Made by a program: the position numbers and the translations under genes. A DNA stretch of 64,000 nt from Thermoanaerobaculales bacterium (GTDB lineage: Bacteria; Acidobacteriota; Thermoanaerobaculia; Thermoanaerobaculales; Sulfomarinibacteraceae), in contig DAOPQC010000001.1 of NCBI GenBank assembly GCA_035358815.1, positions 22,100 to 86,099 of the forward strand, given 5' to 3'. Shown here one piece after another: positions 57,849 through 64,000 of this stretch. How positions within the stretch are numbered: position 1 is the first letter of the stretch; every line of letters begins with the position of its first letter. The notes beneath the pieces are model-generated. The model was not told where the DNA came from, made no database searches, and saw only the letters and a program-made list of their open reading frames with translations.

Positions 57849-58907
57849 ATGACGACGTATCGCGATTCGGGGGTGGACATCGACGCCCAGGACCAGGCGC
57901 TGGCCCGGGTCAAGGAGCTGGTGCGGTCGACCTACACCGACGGCGTGCTGTCGGACCAGGGCTCGTTCGGCGGCATGTTCCGGCTCCCGACCAAAGGCCT
58001 CAAGGAGCCGGTCCTGGTGGCCTCGGCTGACGGGGTCGGCACCAAGCTCAAGGTGGCGTTCGCCGCCGGCCGCCACGACACGGTCGGCCAGGACCTCGTC
58101 AACCACTGCGTCAACGACATCCTGGTCCTGGGCGCGCGGCCGCTCTTCTTCCTCGATTACCTGGCGACCGGCCGGCTCGACCCTGCGGTCGCGGCGTCGG
58201 TGATCGGCGGCGTCGCGACCGCCTGCAAGGAGCGCGGGATCGCGCTGCTCGGCGGCGAGACCGCCGAGATGCCGGGCTTCTACGCCGACGGCGAGTACGA
58301 CCTCGCCGGCTTCATCGTCGGGGTCGTCGACCGCAAGCGGATCCTCGACGGCTCGGCGGTCGAGGAGGGCGACGTGCTGGTCGGGCTGCCGTCGACCGGC
58401 CTCCACACCAACGGCTACTCGCTCGCGCGCAAGGTGCTGTTCGAGGTCCTCGGCTGCCGGCCGGACCAGGTCCTGCCCGAGCTCGGCGTGAGTGTGGCCG
58501 ACGAGCTGCTGAAGGTCCATCGCAGCTACCTCGAGCCGGTGTGGCCGCTGCTCGAGGAGGGGTGGGTGCACGCCGCCGCGCACGTCACCGGCGGCGGCAT
58601 CACCGACAACCTGCCGCGGGTGCTGCCCGAGGGCGCGCGGGCGCGGATCAAGGTCGGCGCCTGGGAGGTCCCGCCGGTGTTCCGGCTGCTCGCCGAGCGC
58701 GGCGAGGTTCCCGAGGACGACATGTGGCGGACCTTCAACCTCGGCGTCGGCATGGTCCTGGTGGTGCCGCCCAAGGTCCTCGGCAAGGTGCTCGAGTCGC
58801 TCAAGCGCGACGGCTGCCCTGGTTTCCCCATGGGCAACGTCATCGCCGGCGCGCGCGGCGTCGAGTACGACCACCCCCCGGCCGGTTTCCCGAGCGGCTG
58901 GCGGTAG
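57849..58907 (+). CDS. purM: Phosphoribosylformylglycinamidine cyclo-ligase (AIR synthetase)
   Basis: 'YRDSGVDIDA', 'DGVGTKL' and 'VNDILVLGARPLFFLDY'. Confidence 0.9.
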   Translation: MTTYRDSGVDIDAQDQALARVKELVRSTYTDGVLSDQGSFGGMFRLPTKGLKEPVLVASADGVGTKLKVAFAAGRHDTVGQDLVNHCVNDILVLGARPLFFLDYLATGRLDPAVAASVIGGVATACKERGIALLGGETAEMPGFYADGEYDLAGFIVGVVDRKRILDGSAVEEGDVLVGLPSTGLHTNGYSLARKVLFEVLGCRPDQVLPELGVSVADELLKVHRSYLEPVWPLLEEGWVHAAAHVTGGGITDNLPRVLPEGARARIKVGAWEVPPVFRLLAERGEVPEDDMWRTFNLGVGMVLVVPPKVLGKVLESLKRDGCPGFPMGNVIAGARGVEYDHPPAGFPSGWR

Positions 58908-59028
58908 GCCTTCGTCCCGCATCGGCCTGTTCGCCGGTTGTGCTGGGACGGCCGGCGGGCACAAACAATAGTGCAGGCCGCCAGCGCGGCCGTCGTCGAC
59001 GGGCCCAACGACTGAAGGGCGGGAGCGT

Positions 59029-59077
59029 GTGGTCGGCGTTCTGCCGGAACATCAACCACCGTGCCTGGCACCATTAC
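59029..59077 (+). repeat. Left copy of the direct repeat flanking the hicA/hicB-HEPN cassette
   Basis: GTGGTCGGCG..CCGGAACATCAACCACC-GTGCCTGGCACCA. The core CCGGAACATCAACCACC at 59044-59060 recurs at 60544-60560. Confidence 0.75.
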
Positions 59078-59138
59078 TGGCACCATTACAGAAGAAAACG
59101 AAAGACTTGGTGGTCATGGTCTTGACATTCGGACAAAA

Positions 59139-59378
59139 ATGTCCGAGATTGTTGATGTGACCGGGGCGGAGTTCATCAAGAAGGTCAAGAAGCTGGGGCG
59201 GCGACGTGGAGTGTCGGTCGAGTTCATCGTCGAGCGAGGGAAAGGCAGCCACGGAACCCTCTACTTCGGCGGCCGTTTCACGGTCGTCAAGCACAGAGCT
59301 GCCGAGCTGACGCCGGGACTGCTCCACGCGATGCTGAAGCAGCTCGGCCTGGCGCTCGATGACCTCCGCGGTGAGTAG
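59139..59378 (+). CDS. hicA: HicA-family mRNA interferase toxin
   Basis: The ATG at 59139 lies inside ORF 59061..59378. 'GKGSHGTLYFGGRFTVVKHRAAELTPGLLHAMLKQLGL' is typical of HicA (YcfA-like). Confidence 0.8.
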   Translation: MSEIVDVTGAEFIKKVKKLGRRRGVSVEFIVERGKGSHGTLYFGGRFTVVKHRAAELTPGLLHAMLKQLGLALDDLRGE

Positions 59379-59387
59379 GAGCGAGAC

Positions 59388-60449
59388 ATGACGCACGAGT
59401 TTGCATACCCGGTGGTTCTGGCGACGGACGCGTCCGGAGGTTACGTCGTGAGCTGCCCGGACCTGCCCGAGCTGCTCACCCAGGGTGAGGACCGCGCAGA
59501 CGCCGTCGCCAGCGCCATCGACGCTCTCGAGGAGGCAATCGCGGGTCGAGTCCGCCGGGGCGACGACATCCCGGATCCGTCGGAGCCTCCCGAGGACCTG
59601 GATGTCGAGCTCATCCGGTTGCCGCCGATCATGGCAGCCAAGGCCGCGCTCGCGATCGCGCTCCGGGAGAGCGGGCTGAGCCAATCTGCGTTCGCCCGCG
59701 AGACCGGAGTTGACGAGAAGGAGGTCCGTCGGCTCCTCGACCCTCGGCACCCGTCGAAGCTCCCGCGGCTCCAGAAAGCTCTCCTGTCCGTCGGCAGGGA
59801 GGTGGAGATACGGGTCGTGCCCGTGGCGCGCCCGTCATCTCCCCGTGAATTCGACCAAGTGCCAAGCCAACCTTGTCGAGTCCGGGAAGCCAAACAGCCC
59901 GGATACTCGACCATGGCACGATCAACCGACAGGCGCGCTGATGAGAAGCTGCGATTCGCGAAGGTGCACCTCCGCGAACTCATCGACCACGCCCAGGTTG
60001 GAGGCCACGACAAATGGGAGACCGCTCATCAGGAGAGCTGCTTCTATCACCTCGCCGGGGCGGTGGAGGCTGTCCTGCACGAGATCAACGCCGGCTATGG
60101 GTTGAACCTCGGGCTCAAGGACATCGACTGGAACACTGTTCGCGCCAAGCTCACCACGTCGAACCAGTCGTCGCCAGCGTTCGATCTCCTTTTGGCCACG
60201 AAGACGGACAAGTCGAGCTGGCTTTGGCAGCTGTTCGAGTGGCGCAATCACGGAGCTCATCGTGGGCGAGTCGGGGAAATGATCCACCTGTCGACCAGCA
60301 GGGTGGTGGACAACGAGTTCAAGGACCCCAGGACCGGCGAGGTGCAGTCGGTATACCCAGAGCTGGGCTGCCTGGACGTGCTCAGGAGATTGACTGTGGA
60401 CGTCGAGCACCTGATCGATCGCTGCCGCATCATCGACCCCAGTCTCTGA
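59388..60449 (+). CDS. hicB: HicB-family antitoxin (HicB fold + HTH) fused in frame to a ~190-aa C-terminal HEPN-like domain
   Basis: N-terminus 'YPVVLATDASGGYVVSCPDLPELLTQGEDRADAVASAIDALEEAI' is HicB-like. 'SQSAFARETGVDEKEVRRLL' is the HTH. A Pro/Ser linker follows. The helical C-terminal domain carries 'EWRNHGAHRG', which fits the HEPN R-N-x3-H motif. There is no stop between the parts. Confidence 0.7.
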   Translation: MTHEFAYPVVLATDASGGYVVSCPDLPELLTQGEDRADAVASAIDALEEAIAGRVRRGDDIPDPSEPPEDLDVELIRLPPIMAAKAALAIALRESGLSQSAFARETGVDEKEVRRLLDPRHPSKLPRLQKALLSVGREVEIRVVPVARPSSPREFDQVPSQPCRVREAKQPGYSTMARSTDRRADEKLRFAKVHLRELIDHAQVGGHDKWETAHQESCFYHLAGAVEAVLHEINAGYGLNLGLKDIDWNTVRAKLTTSNQSSPAFDLLLATKTDKSSWLWQLFEWRNHGAHRGRVGEMIHLSTSRVVDNEFKDPRTGEVQSVYPELGCLDVLRRLTVDVEHLIDRCRIIDPSL

Positions 60450-60450
60450 G

Positions 60451-60575
60451 GTGGTCGGCGGACACTCCGCGGTCGGCGCACCGAAGCGCAAACCGCACAG
60501 TCGGTGGCGTATCTTGCCAACCCTCTGGTTGGAACGGCCGTGACCGGAACATCAACCACCTCACCCGGCACCACC
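60451..60575 (+). repeat. Right copy of the direct repeat flanking the hicA/hicB-HEPN cassette
   Basis: GTGGTCGGCG (60451-60460, immediately after the hicB stop), a 78-nt extra segment, then CCGGAACATCAACCACC-TCACCCGGCACCA (60544-60573). Confidence 0.75.
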
Positions 60576-60654
60576 TTCGCGAATGCTCGACGTTGCGGCG
60601 GCCGGTTTGAGCTGCACACGCATCATCGCCCGCTGGTCAGTGCGCGCCTTGACC

Positions 60655-61179
60655 CTACTTGCGAAGGCTGCTGGCTTTTTCGGCTCTTGCCGCCTTGATC
60701 TTGAAACGGTTGACGATGGCGTCTGTGATGAACGCCCTGTTGGTCCGCTGGATCGCCATCGCTACCTCGATCGCGTCGCGGCTGGACAGCACGGAGCTCG
60801 CCACCAGCCGCAGCATGATTTCGAGTCCCCACTGCACGCTGACGTCGGATGCTCTGCACGCTGCACGCAGCGCTCGGTCGTTTGTCACGCAGCACCAACC
60901 GTTGTCCCTGGCCATGACCAGGCACACGACGTCGTCGAACGCGAGCCCCGGCCTCCTCACCGCCGCTTCCAGGAGCTGGCTGAGCGAGGGCACAGCAATC
61001 GATAAGCCGAGCTCCTCGCAGACCGTGACGTCAAGCTGATCGACTTTGGCGAGGACTTCCGTGGCGACGAACAGGGGCCCCGCTTCTCTCGCCACAAGCG
61101 CGAGCACCGAAGGCTCTGTATCCAGATAGTCGATCAGCACATTCGCGTCTACGATCAGCGGACGGTAGTCGCTGATCAA
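60655..61179 (-). CDS. PIN-domain nuclease (DUF4411-like)
   Basis: The TTG start comes immediately after the stop of the upstream Xre-ImmA gene. 'LIVDANVLIDYL' is the first PIN acidic motif. Later 'CVTNDRALR' resembles the PIN C-terminal D motif. Confidence 0.7.
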   Translation of the reverse strand: MISDYRPLIVDANVLIDYLDTEPSVLALVAREAGPLFVATEVLAKVDQLDVTVCEELGLSIAVPSLSQLLEAAVRRPGLAFDDVVCLVMARDNGWCCVTNDRALRAACRASDVSVQWGLEIMLRLVASSVLSSRDAIEVAMAIQRTNRAFITDAIVNRFKIKAARAEKASSLRK

Positions 61180-62322
61180 CTACAAGCTTCCGACCCAGGT
61201 GTTTGCGACCGCACGCATTTCCCTCAACGGGACGCCGAGAACTTCTGCTCCTCGCGACATGGTGATGTGTCCGCCCTCGATTCCCCGCCGAACGAGCAGA
61301 GCCAGGCGATCTTCGCGGAAGTCATGAGGCGACAGCTCGTGCGGCTCATGCCCGCGGGAGTATTCCGGGAAGCTCGCCTGATATGCGTCGGCAGCGAGAG
61401 CTTCGGGTTCATCCTCCCGCAGAAGGGTTCGACCGTACCTCCGCTCGTACTCCTGCTGGAAGAGCCTCCAGATGTTGACTGACGCGCCGGCCGACTGCGA
61501 AAGCCGATAGAGAACAGTCTTGTAGCTCACGCGGAAGATCCGCTTGACCTTCAGCACGCGGTCGACCAGCGCCATCCCCGCGGTCTCGGCCCACTCCTGT
61601 TGGAATACCGCTTCTGGCATGAGGAAATAGGACGCGAACGCGTTCGCCTCCTGCTCGCGGCTTCTCTCCTCTCTGATTTGCACCACGTCATAGTCGCCGG
61701 GGTGGAGCGCGAGATGGCCCAGCTCGTGGGCCGCAGTGAAGATCCAACGCTCGACCGAGATGCGCTCCCAGGTGTTGACTGCCAGGGCCGGCCCCCCATC
61801 CCCCGGACCCACGGACAGCCCGAAGAAGTCGCTCGATGCCCTTTTCGTCGACAGGACCTTCAGCCCCTTTGACTCGAGTCGGCCACAGATGTCACGAATA
61901 GGCTCTCGTTCATCGATCCCAAGGATCGACCTCACGCGTGCGGCCGCCGCTTTTGCACCTTCGGACCGCTTCGATCCGAGATCCGGACACTCGACGCGGT
62001 CATTCAGCAGCCCCTCGAGCTCATTGAACGCCTCGAGCCACCCCGCAACGTCGGCGAGGATCGCGTCTCTGGTGTTGAGGCGCTTGAGCGATCGGAACCT
62101 CACCTGTCGGAGTTGACGCACCGGCACGATCAGGTCCTGCAGTGGAATGGAGAGTGATTCCGCCAGAGCGTGGAGGGTGTCGACACGCGGAAGCGACTTG
62201 CCAGCCTCGAGGTTGCGATAACCCACCCGAGACAGGCCCGCGGCTTCCGCCACCGCGGCCTGAGTCAGCCCTTTGGCCACCCGAACCCGCCGCAGGTTTG
62301 CAGCAAGTGCGTTTGCTTCCAT
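61180..62322 (-). CDS. Xre-family HTH fused to an ImmA/IrrE (COG2856, DUF955) zinc metallopeptidase
   Basis: I prefer the ATG at 62322 because it follows 'GAGGGGGGAG'. HTH 'GLTQAAVAEAAGLSRVGYRNLEAG'. HEXXH motif 'AAHELGHLALH'. Confidence 0.8.
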   Translation of the reverse strand: MEANALAANLRRVRVAKGLTQAAVAEAAGLSRVGYRNLEAGKSLPRVDTLHALAESLSIPLQDLIVPVRQLRQVRFRSLKRLNTRDAILADVAGWLEAFNELEGLLNDRVECPDLGSKRSEGAKAAAARVRSILGIDEREPIRDICGRLESKGLKVLSTKRASSDFFGLSVGPGDGGPALAVNTWERISVERWIFTAAHELGHLALHPGDYDVVQIREERSREQEANAFASYFLMPEAVFQQEWAETAGMALVDRVLKVKRIFRVSYKTVLYRLSQSAGASVNIWRLFQQEYERRYGRTLLREDEPEALAADAYQASFPEYSRGHEPHELSPHDFREDRLALLVRRGIEGGHITMSRGAEVLGVPLREMRAVANTWVGSL

Positions 62323-62342
62323 GGCTCCCCCCCTCGATGAAG

Positions 62343-62371
62343 AAGATAAGTCTTGTGACAATTTCTGTCAA
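62343..62371 (-). promoter_or_regulatory. Candidate sigma-70 promoter of the Xre-ImmA/PIN operon, overlapped by a TGACA-N5-TGTCA operator-like palindrome
   Basis: The minus strand reads TTGACA (62371-62366), a 17-nt spacer, TATCTT (62348-62343), 20 nt including the SD, then ATG 62322. The palindrome TGACA(62356-60)/TGTCA(62366-70) overlaps the -35 element and spacer. Confidence 0.4.
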
Positions 62372-62557
62372 GCTGATAACTTTAGAATCGTGGCCGCCAT
62401 CGCCGAACGAACACCCTTCGATCGCCGAGCGACTTTGAATGTGGTCAGCGTGCCTCTCGTTGGGGATCCGGTGGTTTCCTCGACAAACTCCGCTCAGCCC
62501 GCGCGTCGTCAATGGCTTAGAGCGTGGCCCTGAAGCCCCGTGGCGGGAGGCGCTAAG

Positions 62558-64000
62558 ATGGTCAATGCAATGGCCGAGCAGAAGACACCTGAGCAAGAAG
62601 CGCGGGAACTCATCGACGCCCAGCTTGCCGAGTCGGGTTGGGTCGTCCAGAGCCGTGACGGAATCAACCTCTCGGCCGGGCAGGGCGTCGCGATCCGCGA
62701 GTTCCCGCTCAAGTCCGGGCACGGCTTCGCGGACTACCTGCTCTTCATCGACGGCCAGGCGGTCGGCGTCCTCGAGGCCAAGAAGGTCGGCTTCCCCCTG
62801 ACCGGCGTCGAGGTGCAGGCGCAAAGGTACTCCGAGGGTCTGCCCGATCACCTTGACGCTCCGTACCGGCCGCTTCCATTCTGCTACCTCAGCACGGGCG
62901 CGGTGACCATGTTCTCGAACGGCTTCGACCCACATCCTCGAAGCCGCCGCATCTTCCAGTTCCACCGGCCGACGACCCTGGCGGAGTGGCTCCGGATGGA
63001 TACCCTCGACGCCTGGGTCCGCAGCACCCTGCCCGACGGAGGGTTCTTCACCGGCGCGGACGACACAAAGCCCTCATCTCTCCGGTCCCGCCTCCAGACC
63101 CTCCCGCCGCTCCAGCCGTCCTTCCTCTACCCGAACCAGATCAAGGCCGTCACCAACCTCGATCAGTCGCTCAAGGAGGATCGCCCCCGCGCCCTCATCC
63201 AGATGGCGACCGGCTCGGGCAAGACCATCATGGCGGTCACGGCGATCTACCGCCTCATCAAGTTCGGCGGCGCACGGCGGGTCCTCTTCCTGGTGGATCG
63301 AGGCAACCTCGGCGAGCAGGCCGAGAAGGAGTTCGCCAACTTCCGCTCCCCGGATGACAACCGAAAGTTCACCGAGCTCTATAACGTCCAGCGCCTCGCC
63401 TCAAACAACATCGGCGCCTCGTCCAAGGTGGTGATCTCCACCATCCAGCGCCTCTACTCCATGCTCAAGGGCGAGGAGGAGCTCGACCCGACGGCCGAGG
63501 AGACCTCGCTCTTCGAGCTCGAGGCCGCCGTTCCGAAAGAGCCGCTGCCGGTCGTCTACAACCCGGCCATCCCGCCCGAGCACTTCGATGTCATCGTCGT
63601 CGACGAGTGCCACCGCTCCATCTACTCGCTCTGGCGGCAGGTGCTGGAGTACTTCGACGCCTACCTGATTGGACTGACGGCCACACCCGCCAAGCACACC
63701 TTTGGCTTCTTCAACCAAAACCTGGTGATGGAGTACGGCCACGAGGAGGCGGTCGCCGACGGCGTGAACGTGGACTTCGAGCTCTACCGCATCCGCACCA
63801 GGATCACGGCCGACGGCTCCACCATCGAGGCCGAGGACGGCACGATGGTCGGCATCCGCGACCGCCAGACCCGCCAGACGCGCTGGGAGCAGCCGGACGA
63901 GGACGTGATCTACGACGCGGACGAGCTCGACCGCCGCGTCGTCGCCAAGGACCAGATCCGGCTCATTGTCCAGACCTTCAAGCAGCGGCTCCCAATTGAC
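62558..64000 (+). CDS. hsdR: Type I restriction enzyme R subunit (HsdR, COG4096-like), 5' part; it runs off the window end
   Basis: This ORF is not in the supplied track because it has no stop in the window. My hand translation from the ATG at 62558 is open to 64000. PD-(D/E)xK motif 'ADYLLFIDGQAVGVLEAKK', Walker A 'QMATGSGKT', 'VVVDECHRS' and 'GLTATP'. Confidence 0.85.
   Translation, partial: MVNAMAEQKTPEQEARELIDAQLAESGWVVQSRDGINLSAGQGVAIREFPLKSGHGFADYLLFIDGQAVGVLEAKKVGFPLTGVEVQAQRYSEGLPDHLDAPYRPLPFCYLSTGAVTMFSNGFDPHPRSRRIFQFHRPTTLAEWLRMDTLDAWVRSTLPDGGFFTGADDTKPSSLRSRLQTLPPLQPSFLYPNQIKAVTNLDQSLKEDRPRALIQMATGSGKTIMAVTAIYRLIKFGGARRVLFLVDRGNLGEQAEKEFANFRSPDDNRKFTELYNVQRLASNNIGASSKVVISTIQRLYSMLKGEEELDPTAEETSLFELEAAVPKEPLPVVYNPAIPPEHFDVIVVDECHRSIYSLWRQVLEYFDAYLIGLTATPAKHTFGFFNQNLVMEYGHEEAVADGVNVDFELYRIRTRITADGSTIEAEDGTMVGIRDRQTRQTRWEQPDEDVIYDADELDRRVVAKDQIRLIVQTFKQRLPID

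Noticed and set aside
59124-59129. A perfect TTGACA hexamer just upstream of hicA, considered as a -35 element.
   Set aside because: It lies only 9 nt before the hicA ATG, leaving no room for a spacer and -10 element. It could only matter if the real start were further downstream.

Overview
This is a very GC-rich chromosomal segment: hand counts of typical 60-nt lines give 70-80% GC. It comes from a diderm bacterium, and the lineage cannot be determined from this sequence alone. I support about 54 protein-coding genes and found no rRNA, tRNA, CRISPR array or transposase.

Gene content from left to right:
- 1-4.6 kb: exopolysaccharide or O-antigen genes (glycosyltransferases and a priming sugar transferase).
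- 4.9-8.2 kb: crotonase, hemolysin-III, phosphopantetheinyl transferase (PPTase) and thioesterase.
- 8.2-11.9 kb: a minus-strand sugar-nucleotide operon (rfbD, an epimerase/dehydratase, and a divergent GlpX-fold protein).
- 12.1-17.8 kb: a lower-GC islet with a 1099-aa LVIVD-repeat protein, an MntA/HepT toxin-antitoxin pair and a beta-lactamase-family lipoprotein.
- 18-35 kb: housekeeping genes (folE, maeB, ddl, ribBA, mfd, PPIases).
- 35.5-35.7 kb: a small Rdx/SelW-like selenoprotein gene that the ORF track misses because of an in-frame TGA.
- 36-47.8 kb: one long plus-strand T2SS/T4P-like operon (ECF sigma, anti-sigma, GspF, GspE, PilMNOP-like proteins, secretin, three pseudopilins).
- 47.8-58.9 kb: M16 peptidase, dut, an MBL hydrolase, a DUF3011 protein, rlmI, purL and purM.
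- 59-64 kb: a lower-GC defence-type island with HicA, a HicB fused to a HEPN-like domain, an Xre-ImmA/IrrE protein with a PIN protein, and the 5' part of a type I restriction hsdR.

The most unusual signal is non-coding. Almost every inter-operon gap holds a modular family of short-period repeats:
- G3-tract hexamers of the GGGAAC type and GCGGAA/GCGGGC hexamers.
- GATC-bearing heptamers and GTATCAC heptamers.
- A 13-bp palindrome, GGTGCCWGGCACC.
- A conserved TGTCACGGCGTAG box.
- A ~90-nt hairpin element present in three copies.
- A 179-bp tandem duplication.

Many long ORFs in the supplied track are alternate-frame or antisense shadows typical of high-GC DNA, and I did not call them.
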